A DNA stretch of 64,000 nucleotides from Ophelia neglecta (Eukaryota), in the NCBI GenBank assembly GCA_965285935.1, contig OZ260665.1:21328001-21392000 (forward strand), written 5' to 3'. The translations under genes and the position numbers were made by a program. Under the pieces are notes generated by a model. It did no database searches. It was not told the DNA's origin and was given only the letters and a program-made list of their open reading frames with translations. Shown piece after piece: positions 1-10,781 of the stretch. Position 1 is the first letter of the stretch, and every line of letters starts with the position of its first letter.

Positions 1-195
1 GAACTCAATACAAAAACAATAAAAAGGTATCTTCATCTAATAGAGTGGCATTTGTTAAAAACTGTCAGCTGTGAGCCAACCACCATTAATTCCCAGGTCC
101 TTTATGTTAAATCAGCTCTTTTGGACAAAAATAAAGATAACACATTATATCCAAAAAAAAAATCGTTTCCCACTCTGGACTCCATTTTATTTCAG

Positions 196-262
196 TGTGT
201 TGTCACCTTTGGTACCACCAGATGTGCAGCCATAGACGACATACCAACGGTTGGACAATTGT
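196..262 (+). CDS. DDC-like exon (67 nt, CVVTFGTTRCAAIDDIPTVGQL)
   Basis: ttttatttcag acceptor, gtaagc donor; homologous to DDC VATLGTTxCCSFDNLxEVGPIC. Confidence 0.9.
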
Positions 263-3019
263 GTAAGCGATTTATTTTTCAACGAAGAAAAGTAATTTCG
301 GCTCACACTGTCCTCCAGATTTATCAGATAAGTGGTTGCAATCATTTTATTTCCACCAAACGAAAGGGACTTTTCTGGTCATATTTCTATCGTTGAATTA
401 GTGGAACTGCGTGTTTCATTCATTAATCGCTGTTTACATAAACTGTCAGAAGCTGCTGAAACGACCTCTTTCTTAATATAATTAATGGGAAAAAACATGC
501 CCTCCCCTTATATTTTCTCAAACCGTCCGAAAATTAACGGCAATGGCGACCCCTTATTAGTAAACAAGGGGAATATGACTGGTTAGTATGGCAAGACAAA
601 ATGGCTTGCACTGCTATGTTATTCGGTTAATGTTTAGCTACGAAAGATATACATACGCTTCATAATTTAATGTATTGATGACTATTGAAATCAGTCAACC
701 CTTCCAGAATTGTCCACCAACAAGATGTGACGTTAGCAATGGAGTCCTTAGAAAGTGGCTCCACCTAATAACGCTTTGTTCAAGTTTACCGAGCTATGGA
801 GTCATAGTCATATACTCCCTACTTTATTGTGTTATCGCATGAAGTCAATGTGTACAATTGTAAAGTATAACTGTTGTTAAATCTGTTGCGGGTGGTAAAT
901 AAACAATTGCATAATTCTACCTATAGGTTTTGAACACGGAGTTTGGTTACACGTTGATGCAGCTTATGCCGGAAATGTTTGTATATGCCCCGAGTTCAGG
1001 CAGTGCTGGACTGGTTGGGAGGTAAAAGTAAATTAATAAGACAAATAATCAAACTGCTACTTACCTAATAGAGATTTATATAAACCGGATTATAATAATT
1101 AAAATGTGAAACGTGGGAGACAAAAATGAATAAATAATTAATTCGGTTAAAAAAAAAAATGAAACCAGCAAAAGCATTACCATAATCATCAGTCTATAAG
1201 AATGTTTTAAATAAAATGATACCATCGGATATATTTATTTGACACGTTTTATTATCAACTTTCCCCCGTTATAATAATATATACTATAGGTCTTTCACAT
1301 GCAAAAGCACATTTTAGAGGATGGCAAATGAAACGTTCTACGTTTAATTTTTAACGATTCTCAATCAATTTGAAATGCAATGCTAGAATAATCGTGTATG
1401 TGTTCCTCAGTAAGAGGGGTCTCACTTGCTTTCCATCTTTATAAACAGGACTTCAAAAAATATTGCTATCCTTCCGAGTAACATTTTTTCCTACCACAAA
1501 GCAATGACGTTACATTGATAGAAAATTAATGACCCCTAAATGTTATACTACTTTTACTGTGAATAAATGCACTAAGCCATCTATTACGTCATATCCAGTT
1601 TATAGACTCGGTGGCTATATCAATCTATAAAGGAGTCGTGTCGCCCTTTTGCGCAGAGCTTTGGTGAGTACTCGTATTTTTTAATAATGAAATCAAAAAG
1701 TGTCTATTGCACGTTATTCATTAATCAATGCCACTGTTAGATTAAATAGCATTATAAAAATTGACGAAGAAACATATCGCGTTATTATCTGTTTTTCAGC
1801 CTCATTTTTTTCAAAAGATATAAATAAATTACACCTAGTTATCTTATGATATCCCTCCCTGTTGATAGGTTGAGGGATCGGAGACTAGTCGACAAAGCAC
1901 ATGCTGCAGAATCGGAATATGTCAAAGGCGTCGAGACAACGGAATACGAACCTGATATCCACGTTTGTTAAGCTATGCAATGCACTGTGCAATGCGCAAT
2001 AGAACCAATGCATTCAATTAATATTTTTTATGCATTCAAAATATCGTACGTGCTTCTACATATAATGCTAATAGTTTTAACCATTTAGAATATGCTGATT
2101 CCAATGGCGCTGAAAGTCTGGTTTACAATGTCCTCTCTAGGAATCAAGGGAATCCAAGCTTTGTGGAGAAAGGTGACGAATTATTCCAACACATGAAAAA
2201 ACGTTGAAATTAAATAATACATTTATTTCTTTCATTAATTTACCACGTATTCTGTTTAAAGTGTTCTGATGTTTTCGTGCTCCAGTGCCAACAAAGATAA
2301 TGCATGTATTTACTATAGAATTATGCCATATGTTTTTTGGCATTGTTTGTCAGTCACGGTTTATGGTTAATTTCATTTTTCACCAGAGAGCTGTCTTGTC
2401 GGCCAATTTCCAACAGTTGGTAGAAAATGACGCCAGATTTGAGATAGCGAAAAAGCCACAGTTTAATGTCGTTTGCTTCCGACTAAAGGTGAGAAATTCT
2501 GTATCGTGTCTTTACTTTGGTAGTGGTAGTGGCGGTGGGTGGATTGGGATGAGGGGGGAGGGCTGCAGGTGCCTGTGGGAGAAGGGAGTTGAGGGACAGG
2601 CTTTTAACCTCGTGCAATGAACTTTATTTTTTAGGCATGCCGAATACAAGATGCATATATAACTTAATGAAACACCTACACGTGCTCTTGCCTTTTTTAA
2701 ACGATATTAGTTGCACTAGAACCCAAATTTCCTCTTCCAACACTTTCTAGACAACCTTTCAACGTTACTATCTTCATGATAATTTTGGAACATGCTTACA
2801 TGTGCTCCAATTAATTATCCAGAATTTTACTAGTCGGCAAATAAAACAAAATTGTATTGCTCTTACTGGTTTAAAGTTAAATTCTGCCCATAGGGTGACA
2901 ACGCACACACTGAGGCTCTATATGATAGTACTCTAGCCGATGGCCGTGTCTTTCTGGGTGGACGTCGCAGTGGAGATTTGTACTACTTGCTCTTTGTTCC
3001 GGTCGATTCTAAGATGTAA
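196..3019 (+). CDS. 3' part (7 exons) of a divergent aromatic-L-amino-acid decarboxylase (DDC/AADC-like, group II PLP decarboxylase); 5' exons lie upstream of the window; possibly a young pseudogene
   Basis: Hand-spliced GT-AG exons 196-262, 927-1021, 1599-1663, 1869-1962, 2089-2172, 2387-2488 and 2894-3019 join in phase. They give CVVTFGTTRCAAIDDIPTVGQLC-FEHGVWLHVDAAYAGNVCICPEFRQCWTGWE-FIDSVAISIYKGVVSPFCAELW-LRDRRLVDKAHAAESEYVKGVETTEYEPDIH-NMLIPMALKVWFTMSSLGIKGIQALWRK-RAVLSANFQQLVENDARFEIAKKPQFNVVCFRLK-GDNAHTEALYDSTLADGRVFLGGRRSGDLYYLLFVPVDSKM*. GTT, WLHVDAAYAG..ICPEFR, LKxWF and VCFRLK are family hallmarks. Orthology within DDC/HDC/TDC is not determined. Confidence 0.93.
927..1021 (+). CDS. 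DDC-like exon (95 nt, WLHVDAAYAG motif)
   Basis: ctatag acceptor, gtaaaa donor; carries the PLP-pyridine-binding Asp motif HVDAAYAG. Confidence 0.95.
1599..1663 (+). CDS. DDC-like exon (65 nt) with the PLP-lysine motif altered to SIYK
   Basis: atccag acceptor, gtgagt donor; FIDSVAISIYKGVVSPFCAELW aligns to [23 protein letters not shown]. Confidence 0.85.
1869..1962 (+). CDS. DDC-like exon (94 nt, flexible catalytic loop, EYVK)
   Basis: gatag acceptor, gtttgt donor; phase-compatible with both neighbours; aligns to VKKRxxLxxAFxxDPxYLKH...DYR. Confidence 0.75.
2089..2172 (+). CDS. DDC-like exon (84 nt, LKVWF...GIKGIQALWRK)
   Basis: atttag acceptor, gtgacg donor; aligns to [33 protein letters not shown] with a 5-codon deletion. 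Confidence 0.88.
2387..2488 (+). CDS. DDC-like exon (102 nt, ...RFEI...VVCFRLK)
   Basis: ttttcaccag acceptor, gtgaga donor; matches F..LV..D.RFEI......VCFRLK. Confidence 0.93.
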
Positions 3020-3091
3020 GATGTTCAAACTGCTTGGTCCGTTATAGACTCTTTGACCACTGAAAATCAAAAAATTACTAAATCCGAATAA
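2894..3091 (+). CDS. DDC-like terminal exon; in-frame TAA at 3017-3019, homologous reading continues to TAA at 3089-3091
   Basis: cccatag acceptor; GDNAHTEALY...YYLLFV..*DVQTAWSVIDSLT aligns to GSN..NEALL...FVLRFA...HVQRAWEHIKELA. Confidence 0.85.
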
Positions 3092-5544
3092 TTTACTCAA
3101 ATCTAGATTACGGCTGAAAGAGTAGCTGTGTTATTAAATTAAAATCGTTTTATTCAATAGATTCCGGTTCTACCTGCTTCAAATAGGTTTAAAAATAAGT
3201 ATTTCCATAAATCAATTCACGTATATTGGCACATCTGACAAGTAGGAAAAAGCAACTGACTTCTGACGTGGCTTTTTTTACCAGGGAATACCGCATGCTA
3301 CAACTGTCGCAAATGAACGACAACATTTATTTTAAAATGAAAATGATCATCAAACCTTTACAGTTTAAAAGTTGTGTTGTCCTCATATATAATGCATCAT
3401 AACATCATTATCTTAGTCTAGTTTTAATCATATATCTAAAGATAAGCGCATCGTTGCTATTAAACTATAACAAAAAATTGGGTTTAACTGAATTTATAGT
3501 CAATTTAAAATCTTACAGTAATATCAAAACTTTCTGATTAAAAACACATTATGGTGTTTTTGCGTAGGTTATCTTCTTAAACAAATACACGCCTGTTGTC
3601 ATTTCTTTCTTGTCGCGTGCTTTCTTGCCTTTTCCTCGTGATGAAAATTAATTTGTTGTTCTTATTATAAAGTCACTTATGCTCTTTCGACTTTTTACCA
3701 GCCATCGATTTCATTTTGAGAAAACACGAGTTGGAATGATTCACCGCAATGTTTGAGCAGGAGGATACATACGTTAATTTGGTCTCAAACCTGTTCGTCC
3801 ATACAAACCTTTGCCTTTGAGAAAGTTATAAACAATTTAAAGTGCTCATGATAGTGAACGATGTTTAATTTAGCAAAATCTTTTCTATTGATTCGATACT
3901 AAATTATACGATCATGTTGTTGCTTTACATATACTAACCGTTTTGGCTGACTGCCAAACTAACCGAAACGTTAATTCTAAATGTTTTAGTGTACGTAGTA
4001 TTAACTCTACCCTATTGAGTGGTATGGATTTGTATTTAATAATACGACCACTAGAGAGATAGTATGATTGCTGTACTACTCAGAGCTCTGATCATAGTAG
4101 TGTAAATTTAATGTTTGGCATCTTCTTGATTTCAAAGAAGAATTACTACTAAGTGTTTCTCATGTCAGTTGTTTCCAGTCAATACAAATAGATGACAAAT
4201 GAATATTTTACAGTGAATCAAAATTGTTTGGTAGAGATTACTATTTACCAAGCCCAGGAAGTTGTATAAATACACCAGTTCTTCAACTGTAAGATGCTTG
4301 CGCGTGTGCGTAAGGGTATGGGGTGGTAGAAGGGGGGGGGAGAATTTTGTTACAGTTGGTGTTTACTATTTGCTATTTAGGCCAACTTGTCGAGGTTATT
4401 TTCGTGGAATAGTGTGGAATCGATTTTCGAATACCGCGTGATTCAGAATGTGACTAAGTTTGTTTATCTGTCACTGAGCTTAGCGAAAACAGTATACGCA
4501 GTATAACAGTTAAACATACCAGATTTTATAGAGTAACAGACTAGTAATGTTTTATATTTGCCTTTTTTGACCTGGTCGGTAAAGTATGTTATTTTCTCAC
4601 CTCTCACCCCTCGTTATGCATGATTCCGGTGTGGGAAGGCTGTGATTTGTCCATAGCCTGTCCCTGCCCATTCAATAAACCATCATTAGTCACCGGGTGA
4701 ATAGGAGATATTGCACAGTTTAGCAAGTACTTAAGGGGATTTATTATTGATGTTGGTCGGGTGGTGTGGTCCAATTTCCCATTTACCTATTTATACTTAT
4801 ATATCATATATGATTTCACACATGGCCCTAACATGTCATGCTCTACAAGCAGTATATAAATAGATAGGTTACGGCTTTTTCATGATGCGAGTCAGAGCAC
4901 GCAGCAGACGAGGCAGTAATCAACAGTAAAGCCCCATTTCGGTCGACTTCTATGGATCGACACAGTTCCACGTTTCGTCGAGTTTTAAACATGTAATTCG
5001 TGTAGTCTACCGGGCTTACTCATCGCAAGAAACCAAATTTTTCTATACCGCCACCAGCAATCCCAAATATCTGCTTGTCACGAAACGCTTTATTTCTGAC
5101 AGACTAATTCTGATAGAAGAGCATCTCCCATTAGCAAAGCCCATTTTAAGCTTGGCACATCAATATTGTTATTATCTGACATGACAGTTGGATAATGCAG
5201 AATATCACATCATATTGGGAGCTGTGTACTATTTCTGGTGCGGCGTTGTATATTGGTTTCAAGATCAAATAGGGAAGCAGTGAGACAGCTGGAAAGGGAT
5301 GGAGTTTGCAGCGACGAGATGTGGGCGTTGGGAAAATAAAGCAAGCCGAAAGTATTCCAGACAAAGTCGGTTGATGGGCAATAAACATTGCTGACATTTC
5401 TTCTCCTTTAGCAACAACATAACACAGACCAAATATCAACATCCGGGCTATAAGTACGTCAGATAGACACAAATTCAGTTGATGGAGAAGAAAATTGTCG
5501 AGCTTTGAGTAGGAGCTGGTTTTGCCAGAAAATAGTACATTCTT

Positions 5545-5703
5545 AGGAAATGCAAGAAATACCATGCATGATATATGCGACAGGGATTTTTGCATTTGGC
5601 GAATGCGAAAAAGATAACAAAGCCACAATGCTAACCAATTATCTTTATAGAGAACAGTAGATACCCGGCAGGTAAAGTAAATCATTTATTGAGATTAGTG
5701 CAT
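5545..5703 (+). mobile_element. Possible decayed hAT (Buster/Charlie, ZBED5-like) transposase N-terminal fragment
   Basis: Stop-interrupted frame RKCKKYHA*YMRQGF...KPQC*...NSRYPAGKVNHLLRLVH resembles the remembered pattern KRKYxxxYLxxGF...PQCxxC...N.S..P.KL.RHL..KH; no TIRs identified. Confidence 0.3.
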
Positions 5704-5884
5704 CAAAGGGTCCGACGTCATTAGGGACCGTCATCCGCAAGGCTACATTATTTGTCCCGAAATAAATTTTGAAAATAATCAAGATGCATGAAGCTATGTA
5801 TAAAGTCCTTATTTACCTCAACTCCTCAATAATGCGGTCAATCCAGTTTTATGTTCAAATTTTTTACACCCCCGTACATATATC

Positions 5885-6048
5885 TAACATTTAAACTGGC
5901 CTTTTAAACATATTCGTGATATGTTCACAAATTTTCCTGCTTCGGAAAATTTACCGTTGTTAGTATAACATTTAAACTGGAATTTTAAACATAGTCGTGA
6001 TATTTTCACAAATGTTAAGGTTCTGGAAAATTTACCTATTTTAGTATA
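5885..6048. repeat. Tandem duplication, about 81-bp period x2
   Basis: taacatttaaactgg..ttttaaacata.tcgtgatat.ttcacaaat...ggaaaatttacc starts at 5885 and 5966. Confidence 0.85.
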
Positions 6049-7961
6049 AATATAGACGATTGCGACGAAAAATAGTTCGCAACTTTTCTCTGTGTACGGA
6101 AAATCACTAAAGACATTCAGTGTTAGTCGAAAGTGAAGTCCATGAGAGATTTTTTCACAGGCAAGAGTCTCTGCCTTCAAAAAAATACAACTTTAGTGTA
6201 CTTATCCGCTGCTACTTTTCCTTCGATTATAGGTTTTTTCATATTTCCTATTGTACTAAAACAGACTTGAATGCTCCAATTTAGTCTCAATCATTTTCAC
6301 ACGCCATAGAATTACCGCCAGCCGTGGTTACTTGCCACTTCTAGAATATATGCGTGGTAGGGCCAAGCCATAAAATGGCAAGATGAGTTACCGAAACAAA
6401 TTGATGGATTTCTCGCCAAAACGTAGATTAATTTTTCTCAAAGGCAGACGACTAAAGGAGAATGTAAAATGTCCGCCAGGTGATGTAAAAGGTCCTGATG
6501 GGGATAAAAGTCTAAACTCTTCATAATTATGGATGCTAATCGATGTTTACTTGATAAATGGGACCATTCAACCTTTTCATGTGCTTATATCAGATAAGCT
6601 GGGGTATATAAATCGACAGGCACTGATATAGACATGTAAAATTTGATTTCCACTTACAGCTTCACATACCCGTCTGTCTAGAACATAAAATCACTCGCGT
6701 TTCCATAGGCCCTATGGTTTATTTTCGTCAATGTCTTAAGCTTTCTCGTATCACTCGCGCTACATTCACGCTGAGAGTTTCAAGGGATCACCCAGCCTCA
6801 AAAATGATCTTCTCGAGATTCCACAGTGTACAAAGGCTTCAGTCGAAGAAAACGAGGCCTCGAGGAGATCGCTTATTTCCGTTTGCTACCTAAAGCTGGC
6901 CTCAATTGGTTATAGTGTATACACACAATTGAAAATGGCTTTTAACGCCCATGGTTGGCAAAGCCAATATAATATTTTCCAGCTACGCAAGGAGACTTGC
7001 TATATTTCAAAAGACCCTCATACACCCACAATGAAGGTGGAAATATTCCTGCGAAAAGGGCTACTGTAAACGTATTTTATTACTTTTTAAGCTAATTTTT
7101 CCGATCTGTCGCAACGATCTCCAAAGATTAAATCGATGTGTACATGATAAAAAGCTAACGAATACCACACAGCAATGGTTTATAAAGTCTTCGGCTAGTC
7201 GACGATCTATTATAGCATATCAATGATGAATCAACGAGCGCCCACCTCATATAGCATATTGTACATCCTAGCAATACATAACATAAATCATATAATGACG
7301 ATTTGTTTGCAAAATTGACTGATTTCATAAGCCTGTGTCTATCTTCAGCAAAATTAGCAATGAGTAATCGCTACCTTCATGTTTAATGGCACTTGAACTC
7401 CACTTAGGTAATCAGGCTGCAGCGGGAACATGAGTCATTGATCGGAAATGAACAACTTTACTTGGCACACAACGCTATGTATACTAATTATCGAATAATG
7501 TTTTCAGGTTTATACAAGGTGACTAAAATAGGTTATCAGTATTGATTTTTGCACTTTGATTGGTCACGCGGTGTGCTAAGAAAGTCATTGAAGTGGCACC
7601 TTGGAAACTCAAGGACCAATACGCCAAGACGGTAACTTAGTATCACCTGGTAAAAGTCAGGAGGTCAATAAGTGGCCTTGAATCTCAAGCGTTGCTTATC
7701 ATGCATTTTACACCATCCCATCGTCATATATTACCAACAGTTATATCATTTTAGGTTGGCCACCCATCCCCTCTTTGTGTATATAATCTACTCTAACTAT
7801 ATAAATAAGGCAAGGCTTTGGATTCAAACCGGATGAGAGCGTTTGGTGCAGAAGACTGAGATGAGGACATAACACACGACTAGTAATACCTAACACTCGT
7901 CTTGTCCCTAAGTCTATCCTCGGCCGTAGACCTTACACTTGGGTAGATATTTGGCCTCAAG

Positions 7962-7971
7962 CCCCCCCCCC

Positions 7972-8002
<31 letters not shown>

Positions 8003-8008
8003 CCACCC
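7962..8008. repeat. Poly-C plus (CAC)n microsatellite
   Basis: C10 followed by about 12 CAC/ACC units. Confidence 0.95.
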
Positions 8009-9066
8009 AAGCCCCACCCCGACCCTCCTACAAATGACGCATCTCCGCACCTTCGTTTTAATCAAAATTAGTTGAAACCTGTTTGCCACGATTGCTATGG
8101 GGAGCACATTGGAACGATCTTTCAGAAATTAATGTTTTAAAAAAATGTGCTTTGTTATAATATTTAAGAACAAACTTGGCTTGATGCCTGTTACCTTCGA
8201 TATCATTTTCCATTTATGTTAACTACAGCGTGGCTATCACATAATATACAAGTAAACAGGAGCCCTTCTGTTAAACCTCGTCATATAGCATTCATATAAA
8301 AATTATCATGAACCTTGTAAAACATCCAATTGATATCGTATCTCGTTACTAATTGCCATATAAACTATTCTCTTCATACCACTCATGGTTATCTTGTGCC
8401 CTTTAACAGACACATTAACTAAACACATTTTCTCCATGACTGATAGTTATGCCGAACAGGTGAAATAAGAAATGTAATGGCAGCTAAGGCATTTGTCAAC
8501 CCGTCATTTAAATTGAATTGAATTAATCAATTTGATCATTAAATTATACGACTTACATAGCAATGTCCAAGCTGTTTCGCCTGACGCCGGATTAATATAA
8601 AATAAAGTGAATGTGTAGATGAACTGAGTAATATGTTGTCAGAATGTCAAGGACATATGATTACATAGTTCATATGCTTGTATTTCTTATTTAATCCTCA
8701 ACCGTGCGCATACTGCTCCATATCAATATTTTCAAAACTAACATATTAAAGAGTCATTTATTATATCTGCAAGATTGAAAGAAGCCTTTACAAATCATTA
8801 CCTTTGTACCAACATATTTTGATATGTATAAGAGAGGCTTTAGTTTTTAATAAACCAGGTGACGACCAATTGATTGGCTGTGCAAATATAGTTCGTGGTA
8901 ACCCGCGTTAGGGCCCTCAGATACTACTCCAACTGTAGTTTGTGAAAACTCGCGATGCGGCCCAAACTTGCTCTTGCCTAACCATGGTCTTTCAACTATA
9001 AGTCATACTACACATTCTTTACGGCACTGTGAATCTCCTCAACCTGTACGTCCTATCAATCCCGTG

Positions 9067-10602
9067 TTACGGCCCTATAATGCTTCTCCAACTATAGTTT
9101 ACAATACTCGGGTTCACAGTTAGCGGCAGAAAGTTGTCGTTTAGAATGTCTGAGCTGGTTTTCGATATAAGTTCGCTGTGACAATCGTCCGACAGTTCCA
9201 ATGAATTCTCGGGCGACGCCTCATCCATTGTGTAGTCTTTCCTCGTGTTGATATTGCTGTTGTATTTTCTCTGATATGACGTCGACTCAACATAGGACAA
9301 ATCATCAAATTCCCTCGAATCTAACGTGTCAAACACGTCCAGATGGTCATCGAACTCGGATTCTAGTCGCTCGTCTAGTTCCTTTTCGTAAACGCCGCAA
9401 TATTCCGTCGATTCGGACTCTCGGGAGGAGCATTGCAGTGTATTCAACTGGTCAAAGGTATTTCGTAATTTGACGGACGAGCGGTCAGCCTTGTGACACG
9501 ACGACTTAGATAACCTAGTTGCACAGCATAGGGGACAGTCCGTCACTAGGCGTGATACATCAGACGCCTTTGACATATTCTGGGTATTTGACTGAGAAAA
9601 ACGACGATTCTTATTACTGACCACACGCGAGTACAAGTCGTGCTCGATAGCGTCAAAGAAGCTGGGCGGTATGAGTGTCTTCCTCCGTGGCAAAGCGGCC
9701 AATATAGCCTTGGAGTCCATAGAACTGGCAATGTCAACCAAACCGTTTTGATTGACGTCAATCTGGGAGTCTTTGTGCAGAAAATCATATTCACGAGAAG
9801 TGGAAGGCGCCGAGTGTCTGTTTGATAATTTTTCTGGCATGCGTTTTGAAACTTTACTACATTTACAAATATTTCGAGTACCCATTCTCATCTTAACTGG
9901 CGTAGATTTAGTCTGTGAGTGATTGTTCACAGGCTTGGCCAGATCTTGTTCACACGTCCTTGCAATGACCTTAGTAGCATTTGAAGGTCTAGCCACATTT
10001 GACACCTTGACACCAACTGGCCCTTGTATATGATTGAAAGCTGGCGAAAGATTGATATTACAAGATTGATACGAAGAATGTCTTCTATTGGCTTTGGTAA
10101 GCCCACTTGATGGCACCTCCAGCACAGAGGTGGAGAGTGGTCTGGTGGCTTTGTCGGCCTGATAACTACGATGCAGTTTCTCGGCGACTACATCGATCTG
10201 ACTGACGAGCGTCCTCAAGTCACCCATCACAGTACCAAGTTCACCAATGACGGTTTCCAGATCACCTACCACCTGTTTCATCTGTTTCCTCACCTTCTTA
10301 TTCCCATTACTCGTCGTATTGATACTCTGCTCCACTCTTCCGTTATTCCCAGATGATCCAAACGGTAAGAACCCATTTGAATCCATTGAGATAGGATTCT
10401 TTATTCTTTGGCCTGCCATAAGCTGGGAAGGGAATGGCTGAGCATAGCATTTCTGGGTGCCCCCCGTTCTTACTGAGGACCTTTGATTAAAATCACTAAA
10501 CCCGCAGTGTTTAACCATGGCTGGAGGCCTCCTGCCGTCGTGGGCACGTTGTATATTGTCCGCCATGACGTTACGTTTGGACTGATGGCTGTTTTGTGCC
10601 AT
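9067..10602 (-). CDS. PRR16 (Largen)/INSYN1-like (DUF4589-type coiled coil) protein, paralog 1, 511 aa, single coding exon
   Basis: Long open frame colinear with 52894-54621 along its whole length. VRKQMKQVVGDLETVIGELGTVMGDLRTLVSQIDVVAEKL (10174-10293) resembles remembered INSYN1 IRQRMKMVIGQLEGILRELKEVAKELREVVSQIDKLTSDF and PRR16 VKEQIKIIVEDLELVLGDLKDVAKELKEVVDQIDTLTSDL. Coding status is very likely; the family call is somewhat less certain. Confidence 0.85.
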   Translation of the reverse strand: MAQNSHQSKRNVMADNIQRAHDGRRPPAMVKHCGFSDFNQRSSVRTGGTQKCYAQPFPSQLMAGQRIKNPISMDSNGFLPFGSSGNNGRVEQSINTTSNGNKKVRKQMKQVVGDLETVIGELGTVMGDLRTLVSQIDVVAEKLHRSYQADKATRPLSTSVLEVPSSGLTKANRRHSSYQSCNINLSPAFNHIQGPVGVKVSNVARPSNATKVIARTCEQDLAKPVNNHSQTKSTPVKMRMGTRNICKCSKVSKRMPEKLSNRHSAPSTSREYDFLHKDSQIDVNQNGLVDIASSMDSKAILAALPRRKTLIPPSFFDAIEHDLYSRVVSNKNRRFSQSNTQNMSKASDVSRLVTDCPLCCATRLSKSSCHKADRSSVKLRNTFDQLNTLQCSSRESESTEYCGVYEKELDERLESEFDDHLDVFDTLDSREFDDLSYVESTSYQRKYNSNINTRKDYTMDEASPENSLELSDDCHSELISKTSSDILNDNFLPLTVNPSIVNYSWRSIIGP

Positions 10603-10644
10603 ATTTAAATTAAGGGTATGGCCCCTATTATTTATAACCAGGAA

Positions 10645-10674
10645 TTAACTTGACCCATTGTGCTGTGACTCCAT
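10645..10674 (-). other. 9-codon in-frame uORF (MESQHNGSS*) at the ancestral start of paralog 1
   Basis: ATG at 10674 is 72 nt upstream of and in frame with ATG 10602; MESQHNGS matches paralog 2 MEKSDNGS; TAA at 10647-10645. Confidence 0.75.
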
Positions 10675-10715
10675 GACTGAATTTACTGCCAGGAATGGCA
10701 ACAGTCTTCTATTTA

Positions 10716-10781
10716 ATCATTAGTTATGCGGAAACCGTGATTTATGTTAAAAACTCACGGTATACCGCGATAACTGACGAT
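10716..10781. other. Imperfect 66-nt inverted repeat/hairpin in the presumed 5' UTR of paralog 1
   Basis: atcattagttatgcggaaaccgtga...tcacggtataccgcgataactgacgat; the arms pair over about 25 bp. Confidence 0.7.

Noticed and set aside
52-396. 114-aa ORF (and 2285-2620) as stand-alone genes
   Set aside because: Each contains one DDC-like exon plus read-through intron sequence
5146-5685. 179-aa minus-strand ORF as a gene
   Set aside because: No recognisable motif, composition typical of random AT-rich frames, no supporting exon structure
6806-6870. 12-bp stem gatcttctcgag/ctcgaggagatc as a structured RNA
   Set aside because: 41-nt loop, one G-U pair and no family motif; compatible with chance
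7880-8107. Poly-Trp ORF
   Set aside because: Translation of the (CAC)n microsatellite
10247-10441. Conserved plus-strand ORFs MTVSRSPTTCFICFLT (also 54104-54340)
   Set aside because: Antisense shadows of the conserved coiled-coil codons of the two real genes
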